Below are positions 15,001 through 30,000 of a stretch of 64,000 nucleotides of DNA, piece by piece (the stretch's first letter is position 1; each line of letters opens with the position of its first letter). Source of the DNA: Eledone cirrhosa (taxonomy: Eukaryota); NCBI GenBank assembly GCA_964016885.1, contig OZ024741.1, positions 272,986,001 to 273,050,000 of the forward strand. Reading direction: 5' to 3'. The translations under genes and the position numbers were made by a program. The notes under the pieces were generated by a model. It had not been told where the DNA came from and made no database searches. It saw only the letters and a program-made list of their open reading frames with translations.

Positions 15001-18000
15001 TGAGGTAGAGTGGAGTGTCTTGTCTAAGATATAGATCTGAGGTTGACTGAGGTAGAGTGGAGTGTCTTGTCTAAGATATAGATCTGAGGTTGACTGAGGT
15101 AGAGTGGTATGTTATTTCTAAGATATAGATCTGAGGTTGACTGAGGTAGAGTTGTATGTCTTGTCTAAGATATAGATCTGAGGTTGACTGAGGTAGAGTG
15201 GTATGTCTTGTCTAAGATATAGATCTGAGGTAGAGTAGAGTGTCTTGTCTGAGATATAGATCTGAGGTTGACTGAGGTAGAGTTGTATGTCTTGTCTAAG
15301 ATATAGATCTGAGGTTGACTGAGGTAGAGTGGTATGTCTTGTCTAAGATATAGATCTGAGGTAGAGTAGAGTGTCTTGTCTAAGATATAGATCTGAGCTA
15401 GAGTGGTTTGACTTGTCTGAGATATAGATCTGAGGTTGACTGAGGTAGAGTGGAGTGTCTTGTCTAAGATATAGATCTGAGGTTGACTGAGGTAGAGTGG
15501 TATGTCTTGTTTAAGATATAGATCTGAGGTTGACTGAGGTAGAGTGGAGTGTCTTGTCTAAGATATAGATCTGAGGTTGACTGAGGTAGAGTGGTATGTC
15601 TTGTCTAAGATATAGATCTCAGGTAGAGTAGAGTGTCTTGTCTAAGATATAGATCTGAGGTTGACTGAGGTAGAGTGGTATGTCTTGTCTAAGATATAGA
15701 TCTGAGGTTGACTGAGGTAGAGTGGTATGTCTTGTCTAAGATATAGATCTGAGGTAGAGTAGAGTGTCTTGTCTGAGATATAGATCTGAGGTTGACTGAG
15801 GTAGAGTTGTATGTCTTGTCTAAGATATAGATCTGAGGTTGACTGAGGTAGAGTGGTATGTCTTGTCTAAGATATAGATCTGAGGTAGAGTAGAGTGTCT
15901 TGTCTAAGATATAGATCTGAGCTAGAGTGGTTTGACTTGTCTGAGATATAGATCTGAGGTTGACTGAGGTAGAGTGGAGTGTCTTGTCTAAGATATAGAT
16001 CTGAGGTTGACTGAGGTAGAGTGGTATGTCTTGTTTAAGATATAGATCTGAGGTTGACTGAGGTAGAGTGGAGTGTCTTGTCTAAGATATAGATCTGAGG
16101 TAGAGTAGAGTGTCTTGACTAATATATAGATCTGAGGTAGAGTGGTATGTCTTGTCTAAGATATAGATCTGAGGTTGACTGAGGTAGAGTGAAGTGTCTT
16201 GTCTAAGATATAGATCTGAGGTTGACTGAGGTAGAGTGGAGTGTCTTGTCTAAGATATAGATCTGAGGTTGACTGAGGTAGAGTGGCATGTCTTGTCTAA
16301 GATATAGATCTGAGGTAGAGTAGAGTGTCTTGACTAAGATATAGATCTGAGGTAGAGTGGTATGTCTTGTCTGAGATATAGATCTGAGGTTGACTGAGAT
16401 AGAGTGGTATGTCTTGTCTAAGATATAGATCTGAGGTAGAGTAGAGTGTCTTGTCTAAGATATAGATCTGAGGTAGAGTGTTATGTCTTGTCTGAGATAT
16501 AGATCTGAGGTTGACTGAGGTAGAGTGGTATGTCTTGTCTGAGATTTAGATCTGAGGTTGACTGAGGTAGAGTGGTATGTCTTGTCTAAGATATAGATCT
16601 GAGGTAGACTGAGGTAGAGTGGTATGTCTTGTCTAAGATATAGATCTGAGGTAGAGTAGAGTGTCTTGTCTAAGATATAGATCTGAGGTAGAGTGGTATG
16701 TCTTGTCTGAGATATAGATCGGAGGTTGACTGAGGTAGAGTGGTATGTCTTGTCTAAGATATAGATCTGAGGTTGACTGAGGTAGAGTGGTATGTCTTGT
16801 CTAAGATATAGATCTGAGGTTGACTGAGGTAGAGTGGTATGTCTTGTCTAAGATATAGATATGAGGTAGAGTAGAGTGTCTTGTCTAAGATATAGATCTG
16901 AGGTAGAGCGGTATGTCTTGTCTAAGATATAGATCTGAGGTTGAGTGGTATGTCTTGTCTAAGATATAGATCTGAGGTTGACTGAGGTAGAGTGGAGTGT
17001 CTTGTCTAAGATATAGATCTGAGGTTGACTGAGGTAGAGTGGTATGTCTTGTTTAAGATATAGATCTGAGGTTGACTGAGGTAGAGTGGTATGTCTTGTC
17101 TAAGATATAGATCTGAGGTTGAGTGAGGTAGAGTGAAGTGTCTTGTCTAAGATATAGATCTGAGGTTAACTGAGGTAGAGTGAAGTGTCTTGTCTAAGAT
17201 ATAGATCTGAGGTTGACTGAGTTAGAGTGGAGTGTCTTGTCTAAGATATAGATCTGAGGTTGACTGAGGTAGAGTGGAGTGTCTTGTCTAAGATATAGAT
17301 CTGAGGTAGAGTGGAGTGTCTTGTCTAAGATATAGATCTGAGGTTGACTGACGTAGAGTGGTATGTCTTGTCTAAGATATAGATCTCAGGTAGAGTAGAG
17401 TGTCTTGTCTAAGATATAGATCTCAGGTAGAGTAGAGTGTCTTGTCTAAGATATAGATCTCAGGTAGAGTAGAGTGTCTTGTCTAAGATATAGATCTGAG
17501 GTTGACTGAGGTAGAGTTGTATGTCTTGTCTAAGATATAGATCTGAGTTTGACTGAGGTAGAGTGGTATGTCTTGTCTAAGATATAGATCTGAGGTTGAC
17601 TGAGGTAGAGTTGTATGTCTTGTCTAAGATATAGATCTGAGGTTGACTGAGGTAGAGTGGTATGTCTTGTCTAAGATATAGATCTGAGGTTGACTGAGGT
17701 AGAGTTGTATGTCTTGTCTAAGATATAGATCTGAGGTTGACTGAGGTAGAGTGGTATGTCTTGTCTAAGATATAGATCTGAGGTTGACTGAGGTAGAGTT
17801 GTATGTCTTGTCTAAGATATAGATCTGAGGTTGACTGAGGTAGAGTGGTATGTCTTGTCTAAGATATAGATCTTAGGTTGAATGAGGTAGAGTGGAGTGT
17901 CTTGTCTAAGATATAGATCTGAGGTAGAGTGGAGTGTCTTGTCTAAGATATAGATCTGAGGTAGAGTGGTATGTCTTGTCTAAGATATAGATCTGAGGTA

Positions 18001-21000
18001 GAGTGGAGTGTCTTGTCTAAGATATAGATCTGAGGTTGACTGAGGTAGAGTGGAGTGTCTTGTCTAAGATATAGATCTGAGGTTGACTGTGGTAGAGTTG
18101 TATGTCTTGTCTAAGATATAGATCTGAGGTTGACTGAGGTAGAGTGGAGTGTCTTGTCTAAGATATAGATCTGATGTAGAGTGGAGTGTCTTGTCGAAGA
18201 TATAGATCTGAGGTAGAGTGGTATGTCTTGTCTGAGATATAGATCTGAGGTTGACTGAGGTAGAGTGGTATGTCTTGTCTAAGATATAGATCTGAGGTTG
18301 ACTGAGGTAGAGTGGTATGTCTTGTCTAAGATATAGATCTGAGGTTGACTGAGGTAGAGTGGTATGTCTTGTCTAAGATATAGATCTGAGGTAGAGTGGT
18401 ATGTCTTGTCTAAGATATAGATCTGAGGTTGACTGAGGTAGAGTGGTATGTCTTGTCTAAGATATAGATCTGAGGTAGAGTGGTATGTCTTGTCTGAGAT
18501 ATAGATCTGAGGTTGACTGAGGTAGAGTGGTATGTCTTGTCTAAGATATAGATCTGAGGTTGACTGAGGTAGAGTGGTATGTCTTGTCTAAGATATAGAT
18601 CTGAGGTTGAGTGGTATGTCTTGTCTAAGATATAGATCTGAGGTAGAGTAGAGTGTCTTGTCTTAGATATAGATCTGAGGTTGACTGAGGTAGAGTTGTA
18701 TGTGTTGTCTAAGATATAGATCTGGAGGTTGACTGAGGTAGAGTGGTATGTCTTGTCTAAGATATAGATCTGAGGTTGACTGAGGTAGAGTAGAGTGTCT
18801 TGTCTAAGATATAGATCTGAGGTAGAGTAGAGTGTCTTGTCTAAGATATAGATCTGAGGTAGAGTGGTATGTCTTGTCTAAGATATAGATCTGAGATTGA
18901 CTGAGGTAGAGTGGTATGTCTTGTCTAAGATATAGATCTGAGGTTGACTGAGGTAGAGTGGAGTGTCTTGTCTAAGATATAGATCTGAGGTTGACTGAGG
19001 TAGAGTGGTATGTCTTGTTTAAGATATAGATCTGAGGTTGACTGAGGTAGAGTGGTATGTCTTGTCTAAGATATAGATCTAAGGTTGACTGAGGTAGAGT
19101 GAAGTGTCTTGTCTAAGATATAGATCTGAGGTTAACTGAGGTAGAGTGAAGTGTCTTGTCTAAGATATAGATCTGAGGTTGACTGAGTTAGAGTGGAGTG
19201 TCTTGTCTAAGATATAGATCTGAGGTTGACTGAGGTAGAGTGGAGTGTCTTGTCTAAGATATAGATCTGAGGTAGAGTGGAGTGTCTTGTCTAAGATATA
19301 GATCTGAGGTTGACTGACGTAGAGTGGTATGTCTTGTCTAAGATATAGATCTCAGGTAGAGTAGAGTGTCTTGTCTAAGATATAGATCTCAGGTAGAGTA
19401 GAGTGTCTTGTCTAAGATATAGATCTCAGGTAGAGTAGAGTGTCTTGTCTAAGATATAGATCTGAGGTTGACTGAGGTAGAGTTGTATGTCTTGTCTAAG
19501 ATATAGATCTGAGTTTGACTGAGGTAGAGTGGTATGTCTTGTCTAAGATATAGATCTGAGGTTGACTGAGGTAGAGTTGTATATCTTGTCTAAGATATAG
19601 ATCTGAGGTTGACTGAGGTAGAGTGGTATGTCTTGTCTAAGATATAGATCTGAGGTTGACTGAGGTAGAGTTGTATGTCTTGTCTAAGATATAGATCTGA
19701 GGTTGACTGAGGTAGAGTGGTATGTCTTGTCTAAGATATAGATCTGAGGTTGACTGAGGTAGAGTTGTATGTCTTGTCTAAGATATAGATCTGAGGTTGA
19801 CTGAGGTAGAGTGGTATGTCTTGTCTAAGATATAGATCTTAGGTTGACTGAGGTAGAGTGGAGTGTCTTGTCTAAGATATAGATCTGAGGTAGAGTGGAG
19901 TGTCTTGTCTAAGATATAGATCTGAGGTAGAGTGGTATGTCTTGTCTAAGATATAGATCTGAGGTAGAGTGGAGTGTCTTGTCTAAGATATAGATCTGAG
20001 GTTGACTGAGGTAGAGTGGAGTGTCTTGTCTAAGATATAGATCTGAGGTTGACTGTGGTAGAGTTGTATGTCTTGTCTAAGATATAGATCTGAGGTTGAC
20101 TGAGGTAGAGTGGAGTGTCTTGTCTAAGATATAGATCTGAGGTAGAGTGGAGTGTCTTGTCGAAGATATAGATCTGAGGTAGAGTGGTATGTCTTGTCTG
20201 AGATATAGATCTGAGGTTGACTGAGGTAGAGTGGTATGTCTTGTCTAAGATATAGATCTGAGGTTGACTGAGGTAGAGTGGTATGTCTTGTCTAAGATAT
20301 AGATCTGAGGTTGACTGAGGTAGAGTGGTATGTCTTGTCTAAGATATAGATCTGAGGTAGAGTGGTATGTCTTGTCTAAGATATAGATCTGAGGTTGACT
20401 GAGGTAGAGTGGTATGTCTTGTCTAAGATATAGATCTGAGGTAGAGTGGTATGTCTTGTCTGAGATATAGATCTGAGGTTGACTGAGGTAGAGTGGTATG
20501 TCTTGTCTAAGATATAGATCTGAGGTTGACTGAGGTAGAGTGGTATGTCTTGTCTAAGATATAGATCTGAGGTTGAGTGGTATGTCTTGTCTAAGATATA
20601 GATCTGAGGTAGAGTAGAGTGTCTTGTCTTAGATATAGATCTGAGGTTGACTGAGGTAGAGTTGTATGTGTTGTCTAAGATATAGATCTGGAGGTTGACT
20701 GAGGTAGAGTGGTATGTCTTGTCTAAGATATAGATCTGAGGTTGACTGAGGTAGAGTAGAGTGTCTTGTCTAAGATATAGATCTGAGGTAGAGTAGAGTG
20801 TCTTGTCTAAGATATAGATCTGAGGTAGAGTGGTATGTCTTGTCTAAGATATAGATCTGAGATTGACTGAGGTAGAGTGGTATGTCTTGTCTAAGATATA
20901 GATCTGAGGTTGTCTGAGGTAGAGTGGTATGTCTTGTTTAAGATATAGATCTGAGGTTGACTGAGGTAGAGTGGTATGTCTTGTCTAAGATATAGATCTG

Positions 21001-24000
21001 AGGTTGACTGAGGTAGAGTAGAGTGTCTTGTCTAAGATATAGATCTGAGGTAGAGTAGAGTGTCTTGTCTAAGATATAGATCTGAGGTAGAGTGGTATGT
21101 CTTGTCTAAGATATAGATCTGAGATTGACTGAGGTAGAGTGGTATGTCTTGTCTAAGATATAGATCTGAGGTTGACTGAGGTAGAGTGGTATGTCTTGTT
21201 TAAGATATAGATCTGAGGTTGACTGAGGTAGAGTGGTATGTCTTGCCTAAGATATAGATATGAGGTTGACTGAGGTAGAGTGGAGTGTCTTGTCTAAGAT
21301 ATAGATCTGAGGTAGAGTGAGGTAGAGTGGTATGTCTTGTCTAAGATATAGATCTGAGGTAGAGTAGAGTGTCTTGTCTAAGATATAGATCTGAGGTAGA
21401 GTGGAGTGTCTTGTCTAAGATATAGATCTGAGGTAGAGTGGTATGTCTTGTTTAAGATATAGATCTGAGGTTGACTGAGGTAGAGTGGAGTGTCTTGTCT
21501 AAGATATAGATCTGAGGTAGAGTAGAGTGTCTTATCTAAGATATAGATCTGAGATAGAGTGGTATGTCTTGTCTGAGATATAGATCTGAGGTTGACTGAG
21601 GTAGAGTGGTATGTCTTGTCTAAGATATAGATCTGAGGTAGAGTTGTATGTCTTGTCTAAGATATAGATCTGAGGTTGACTGAGGTAGAGTGGTATGTCT
21701 TGTCTAAGATATAGATCTGAGGTTGACTGAGGTAGAGTGGTATGTCTTGTCTAAGATATAGATCTGAGGTAGACTGAGGTAGAGTTGTATGTCTTGTCTA
21801 AGATATAGATCTGAGGTTGACTGAGGTAGAGTTGTATGTCTTGTCTAAGATATAGATCTGAGGTAGACTGAGGTAGAGTGGTATGTCTTGTCTAAGATAT
21901 AGATCTGAGGTAGAGTAGAGTGTCTTGTCTAAGATATAGATCTGAGGTAGAGTGGAGTGTCTTGTTTAAGATATAGATCTGAGGTTGACTGAGGTAGAGT
22001 GGTATGTCTTGTCTAAGATATAGATATGAGGTTGACTGAGGTAGAGTGGAGTGTCTTGTCTAAGATATAGATCTGAGGTAGAGTAGAGTGTCTTGTCTAA
22101 GATATAGATCTGAGGTTGACTGAGTTAGAGTGGAGTGTCTTGTCTAAGATATAGATCTGAGGTAGAGTGGTATGTCTTGTCTAAGATATAGATCTGAGGT
22201 AGAGTAGAGTGTCTTGTCTAATATATAGATCTGAGGTAGAGTGGTATGTCTTGTCTAAGATATAGATCTGAGGTAGAGTAGAGTGTCTTGTCTAATATAT
22301 AGATCTGAGGTAGAGTGGTATGTCTTGTCTAAGATATAGATCTGAGGTTGACTGAGGTAGAGTGGAATGTCTTGTCTAAGATATAGATCTGAGGTAGAGT
22401 GGAGTGTCTTGTCTAAGACATAGATCTGAGGTTGACTGAGGTAGAGTTGTATGTCCTGTCTAAGATATAGATCTGAGGTTGACTGAGGTAGAGTGGTATG
22501 TCTTGTCTAAGATATAGATCTCAGGTAGAGTAGAGTGTCTTGTCTAAGATATAGATCTGAGGTTGACTGAGGTAGAGTGGTATGTCTTGTCTAAGATATA
22601 GATCTGAGGTTGACTGAGGTAGAGTGGTATGTCTTGTCTAAGATATAGATCTGAGGTAGAGTAGAGTGTCTTGTCTGAGATATAGATCTGAGGTTGACTG
22701 AGGTAGAGTTGTATGTCTTGTCTAAGATATAGATCTGAGGTTGACTGAGGTAGAGTGGTATGTCTTGTCTAAGATATAGATCTGAGGTAGAGTAGAGTGT
22801 CTTGTCTAAGATATAGATCTGAGCTAGAGTGGTTTGACTTGTCTGAGATATAGATCTGAGGTTGACTGAGGTAGAGTGGTATGTCTTGTCTAAGATATAG
22901 ATCTGAGGTTGACTGAGGTAGAGTGGTGTGTCTTGTCTAAGATATAGATCTGAGGTAGAGTAGAGTGTCTTGACTAATATATAGATCTGAGGTAGAGTGG
23001 TATGTCTTGTCTAAGATATAGATCTGAGGTTGACTGAGGTAGAGGGAAGTGTCTTGTCTAAGATATAGATCTGAGGTTGACTGAGGTAGAGTGGAGTGTC
23101 TTGTCTAAGATATAGATCTGAGGTTGACTGAGGTAGAGTGGCATGTCTTGTCTAAGATATAGATCTGAGGTAGAGTAGAGTGTCTTGACTAAGATATAGA
23201 TCTGAGGTAGAGTGGTATGTCTTGTCTAAGATATAGATCTGAGGTTGACTGAGATAGAGTGGTATGTCTTGTCTAAGATATAGATCTGAGGTAGAGTAGA
23301 GTGTCTTGTCTAAGATATAGATCTGAGGTAGAGTGGTATGTCTTGTCTAAGATATAGATCTGAGGTTGACTGAGATAGAGTGGTATGTCTTGTCTAAGAT
23401 ATAGATCTGAGGTAGAGTGGAGTGTCTTGTCTAAGATATAGATCTGAGGTAGAGTGGTATGTCTTGTCTGAGATATAGATCTGAGGTTGACTGAGGTAGA
23501 GTGGTATGTCTTGTCTAAGATATAGATCTGAGGTAGAGTGGTATGTCTTGTCTGAGATATAGATCTGAGGTTGACTGAGGTAGAGTGGTATGTCTTGTCT
23601 AAGATATAGATCTGAGGTAGACTGAGGTAGAGTGGTATGTCTTGTCTAAGATATAGATCTGAGGTAGAGTAGAGTGTCTTGTCTAAGATATAGATCTGAG
23701 GTAGAGTGGTATGTCTTGTCTGAGATATAGATCTGAGGTTGACTGAGGTAGAGTGGTATGTCTTGTCTAAGATATAGATCTGAGGTTGACTGAGGTAGAG
23801 TGGTATGTCTTGTCTAAGATATAGATCTGAGGTTGACTGAGGTAGAGTGGTATGTCTTGTCTAAGATATAGATTTGATGTAGAGTGGTATGTCTTGTCTG
23901 AGATATAGATCTGAGGTTGACTGAGGTAGAGTGGTATGTCTTGTCTAAGATATAGATCTGAGGTAGACTGAGGTAGAGTGGTATGTCTTGTCTAAGATAT

Positions 24001-27000
24001 AGATCTGAGGTTGACTGAGGTAGAGTGGTATGTCTTGTCTAAGATATAGATATGAGGTAGAGTAGAGTGTCTTGTCTAAGATATAGATCTGAGGTAGAGT
24101 GGTATGTCTTGTCTAAGATATAGATCTGAGGTTGAGTGGTATGTCTTGTTTAAGATATAGATCTGAGGTTGACTGAGGTAGAGTGGTATGTCTTGTCTAA
24201 GATATAGATCTGAGGTTGACTGAGGTAGAGTGAAGTGTCTTGTCTAAGATATAGATCTGAGGTTAACTGAGGTAGAGTGAAGTGTCTTGTCTAAGATATA
24301 GATCTGAGGTTGACTGAGTTAGAGTGGAGTGTCTTGTCTAAGATATAGATCTGAGGTTGACTGAGGTAGAGTGGAGTGTCTTGTCTAAGATATAGATCTG
24401 AGGTAGAGTGGAGTGTCTTGTCTAAGATATAGATCTGAGGTTGACTGACGTAGAGTGGTATGTCTTGTCTAAGATATAGATCTCAGGTAGAGTAGAGTGT
24501 CTTGTCTAAGATATAGATCTCAGGTAGAGTAGAGTGTCTTGTCTAAGATATAGATCTCAGGTAGAGTAGAGTGTCTTGTCTAAGATATAGATCTGAGGTT
24601 GACTGACGTAGAGTGGTATGTCTTGTCTAAGATATAGATCTGAGGTTGACTGAGGTAGAGTTGTATGTCTTGTCTAAGATATAGATCTGAGGTTGACTGA
24701 GGTAGAGTTGTATGTCTTGTCTAAGATATAGATCTGAGGTTGACTGAGGTAGAGTGGTATGTCTTGTCTAAGATATAGATCTGAGGTTGACTGAGGTAGA
24801 GTTGTATGTCTTGTCTAAGATATAGATCTGAGGTTGACTGAGGTAGAGTGGTATGTCTTGTCTAAGATATAGATCTTAGGTTGACTGAGGTAGAGTGGAG
24901 TGTCTTGTCTAAGATATAGATCTGAGGTAGAGTGGAGTGTCTTGTCTAAGATATAGATCTGAGGTAGAGTGGTATGTCTTGTCTAAGATATAGATCTGAG
25001 GTAGAGTGGAGTGTCTTGTCTAAGATATAGATCTGAGGTTGACTGAGGTAGAGTGGAGTGTCTTGTCTAAGATATAGATCTGAGGTTGACTGTGGTAGAG
25101 TTGTATGTCTTGTCTAAGATATAGATCTGAGGTTGACTGAGGTAGAGTGGTATGTCTTGTCTAAGATATAGATCTGAGGTAGAGTGGTATGTCTTGTCTG
25201 AGATATAGATCTGAGGTTGACTGAGGTAGAGTGGTATGTCTTGTCTAAGATATAGATCTGAGGTTGACTGAGGTAGAGTGGTATGTCTTGTCTAAGATAT
25301 AGATCTGAGGTAGAGTGGTATGTCTTGTCTGAGATATAGATCTGAGGTTGACTGAGGTAGAGTGGTATGTCTTGTCTAAGATATAGATCTGAGGTTGACT
25401 GAGGTAGAGTGGTATGTCTTGTCTAAGATATAGATCTGAGGTAGAGTAGAGTATCTTGTCTTAGATATAGATCTGAGGTTGACTGAGGTAGAGTTGTATG
25501 TGTTGTCTAAGATATGGATCTGAGGTTGACTGAGGTAGAATGGTATGTCTTGTCTAAGATATAGATCTGAGGTAGAGTAGAGTGTCTTGTCTTAGATATA
25601 GATCTGAGGTAGAGTGGTATGTCTTGTCTAAGATATAGATCTGAGGTAGAGTGGTATGTCTTGTCTAAGATATAGATCTGAGGTTGACTGAGGTAGAGTT
25701 GTATGTGTTGTCTAAGATATAGATCTGAGGTTGACTGAGGTAGAGTGGTATGACCTGTCTAAGATATAGATCTGAGGTTGACTGAGGTAGAGTAGAGTGT
25801 CTTGTCTAAGATATAGATCTGAGGTAGAGTAGAGTGTCTTGTCTAAGATATAGATCTGAGGTAGAGTGGTATGTCTTGTCTAAGATATAGATCTGAGGTT
25901 GAGTGGTATGTCTTGTCTAAGATATAGATCTGAGATTGACTGAGGTAGAGTGGTATGTCTTGTCTAAGATATAGATCTGAGGTTGACTGAGGTAGAGTGG
26001 TATGTCTTGTTTAAGATATAGATCTGAGGTTGACTGAGGTAGAGTGGTATGTCTTGTCTAAGATATAGATATGAGGTTGACTGAGGTAGAGTGGAGTGTC
26101 TTGTCTAAGATATAGATCTGAGGTAGAGTAGAGTGTCTTGTCTAATATATAGATCTGAGGTAGAGTGGTATGTCTTGTCTAAGATATAGATCTGAGTTTG
26201 ACTGAGGTAGAGTGAAGTGTCTTGTCTAAGATATAGATCTGAGGTTGACTGAGGTAGAGTTGTATGTCTTGTCTAAGATATAGATCTGAGGTTGACTGAG
26301 GTAGAGTGGTATGTCTTGTCTAAGATATAGATCTCAGGTAGAGTAGAGTGTCTTGTCTAAGATATAGATCTGAGGTTGACTGACGTAGAGTGGTATGTCT
26401 TGTCTAAGATATAGATCTGAGGTTGACTGAGGTAGAGTTGTATGTCTTGTCTAAGATATAGATCTGAGGTTGACTGAGGTAGAGTGGAGTGTCTTGTCTA
26501 AGATATAGATCTGAGGTTGACTGAGGTAGAGTGGAGTGTCTTGTCTAAGATATAGATCTGAGGTTGACTGAGGTAGAGTGATATGTTATTTCTAAGATAT
26601 AGATCTGAGGTTGACTGAGGTAGAGTGGTATGTCTTGTCTAAGATATAGATCTGAGGTTGACTGAGGTAGAGTGGTATGTCTTGTCTAAGATATAGATCT
26701 GAGGTTGACTGAGGTAGAGTGGTATGTCTTGTCTAAGATATAGATCTTAGGTTGACTGAGGTAGAGTGGAGTGTCTTGTCTAAGATATAGATCTGAGGTA
26801 GAGTGGTATGTCTTGTCTAAGATATAGATCTGAGGTAGAGTGGAGTGTCTTGTCTAAGATATAGATCTGAGGTTGACTGAGGTAGAGTGGAGTGTCTTGT
26901 CTAAGATATAGATCTGAGGTTGACTGAGGTAGAGTGGTATGTTATTTCTAAGATATAGATCTGAGGTTGACTGAGGTAGAGTTGTATGTCTTGTCTAAGA

Positions 27001-30000
27001 TATAGATCTGAGGTTGACTGAGGTAGAGTGGTATGTCTTGTCTAAGATATAGATCTGAGGTTGACTGAGGTAGAGTGGTATGTCTTGTCTAAGATATAGA
27101 TCTGAGGTAGAGTAGAGTGTCTTGTCTAAGATATAAATCTGAGTTAGAGTGGTATGTCTTGTCTGAGATATTGATCTGAGGTTGACTGAGGTAGAGTTGT
27201 ATGTCTTGTCTAAGATATAGATCTGAGGTAGAGTGGTATGTCTTGTCTAAGATATAGATCTGAGGTTGACTGAGGTAGAGTGGTATGTCTTGTCTAAGAT
27301 ATAGATCTGAGGTTGACTGAGGTAGAGTGGTATGTCTTGTCTAAGATATAGATCTGAGGTAGAGTGGTATGTCTTGTCTAAGATATAGATCTGAGGTTGA
27401 CTGAGGTAGAGTGGTATGTCTTGTCTGAGATATAGATCTGAGGTTGACTGATGTAGAGTGGTATGTCTTGTCTAAGATATAGATCTGAGGTAGAGTGGTA
27501 TGTCTTGTCTAAGATATAGATCTGAGGTTGACTGAGGTAGAGTGGTATGTCTTGTCTAAGATATAGATCTGAGGTAGAGTGGTATGTCTTGTCTAAGATA
27601 TCGATCTGAGGTTGACTGAGGTAGAGTGGTATGTCTTGTCTGAGATATAGATCTGAGGTTGACTGAGGTAGAGTGGTATGTCTTGTCTAATATATAGATC
27701 TGAGGTAGAGTGGTATGTCTTGTCTGAGATATAGATCTGAGGTTGACTGAGGTAGAGTGGTTTGACTTGTCTAAGATATAGATCTGAGGTTGACTGAGGT
27801 AGAGTGGTATGTCTTGTCTAAGATATAGATCTGAGGTTGACTGAGGTAGAGTGGTATGTCTTGTCTAAGATATAGATCTGAGGTAGAGTAGAGTGTCTTG
27901 TCTACGATATAGATATGAGGTTGACTGAGGTAGAGTGGAGTGTCTTGTCTAATATATAGATCTGAGGTTGACTGAGGTAGAGTGGAGTGTCTTGTCTAAG
28001 ATATAGTTCTGAGGTAGAGTAGAGTGTCTTGTCTAATATATAGATCTGAGGTAGAGTGGTATGTCTTGTCTAAGATATAGATCTGAGGTTGACTGAGGTA
28101 GAGTGGAGTGTCTTGTCTAAGATATAGATCTGAGGTAGAGTGGTATGTCTTGTCTAAGATATAGATCTGAGGTTGACTGAGGTAGAGTGAAGTGTCTTGT
28201 CTAATATATAGATCTGAGGTTGACTGAGGTAGAGTGGAGTGTCTTGTCTAAGATATAGATCTGAGGTAGAGTAGAGTGTCTTGTCTAAGATATAGATCTG
28301 AGGTAGAGTAGAGTGTCTTGTCTAAGATATAGATCTGAGGTTGACTGAGGTAGAGTGGTATGTCTTGTCTAAGATATAGATCTGAGGTTGACTGAGGTAG
28401 AGTGGTATGTCTTGTCTAAGATATAGATCTGAGGTATAGTAGAGTGTCTTGTCTAAGATATAGATCTGAGGTAGAGTGGTATGTCTTGTCTAAGATATAG
28501 ATCTGAGGTTGAGTGGTATGTCTTGTCTAAGATATAGATCTGAGGTTGAATGAGGTAGAGTGGTATGTCTTGTTTAAGATATAGATCTGAGGTTGACTGA
28601 GGTAGAGTGGTATGTCTTGTCTAAGATATAGATATGAGGTTGACTGAGGTAGAGTGGAGTGTCTTGTCTAAGATATAGATCTGAGGTAGAGTAGAGTGTC
28701 TTGTCTAAGATATAGATCTGAGGTTGACTGAGGTAGAGTGAAGTGTCTTGTCTAAGATATAGGTCTGAGGTTGACTGAGGTAGAGTGGAGTGTCTTGTCT
28801 AAGATATAGATCTGAGGTAGAGTGGTATGTCTTGTCTAAGATATAGATCTGAGGTTGACTGAGATAGAGTGGTATGTCTTGTCTAAGATATAGATCTGAG
28901 GTAGAGTGGAGTGTCTTGTCTAAGATATAGATCTGAGGTAGAGTAGAGTGTCTTGTCTGAGATATAGATCTGAGGTTGACTGAGGTAGAGTTGTATGTCT
29001 TGTCTAAGATATAGATCTGAGGTAGAGTAGAGTGTCTTGTCTAAGATATAGATCTGAGGTAGAGTGGTATGTCTTGTCTAAGATATAGATCTGAGGTTGA
29101 GTGGTATGTCTTGTCTAAGATATAGATCTGAGGTTGACTGAGGTAGAGTGGTATGTCTTGTCTAAGATATAGATCTGAGGTAGACTGAGGTAGAGTGGAG
29201 TGTCTTGTCTAAGATATAGATCTGAGGTAGAGTGGTATGTCTTGTCTAAGATATAGATCTGAGGTAGACTGAGGTAGAGAGGTATGTCTTGTCTAAGATA
29301 TAGATCTGAGGTTGAGTGGTATGTCTTGTCTAAGATATAGATCTGAGGTAGACTGAGGTAGAGTGGTATGTCTTGTCTAAGATATAGATCTGAGGTTGAC
29401 TGAGGTAGAGTGGTATGTCTTGTCTAAGATATAGATATGAGGTTGACTGAGGTAGAGTGGTATGTCTTGTCTAAGATATAGATCTTAGGTTGACTGAGGT
29501 AGAGTGGAGTGTCTTGTCTAAGATATAGATCTGAGGTAGAGTGGAGTGTCTTGTCTAAGATATAGATCTGAGGTAGAGTGGTATGTCTTGTCTAAGATAT
29601 AGATCTGAGGTAGAGTGGAGTGTCTTGTCTAAGATATAGATCTGAGGTTGACTGAGGTAGAGTGGAGTGTCTTGTCTAAGATATAGATCTGAGGTTGACT
29701 GTGGTAGAGTTGTATGTCTTGTCTAAGATATAGATCTGAGGTTGACTGAGGTAGAGTGGTATGTCTTGTCTAAGATATAGATCTGAGGTAGAGTGGTATG
29801 TCTTGTCTGAGATATAGATCTGAGGTTGACTGAGGTAGAGTGGTATGTCTTGTCTAAGATATAGATCTGAGGTTGACTGAGGTAGAGTGGTATGTCTTGT
29901 CTAAGATATAGATCTGAGGTAGAGTGGTATGTCTTGTCTGAGATATAGATCTGAGGTTGACTGAGGTAGAGTGGTATGTCTTGTCTAAGATATAGATCTG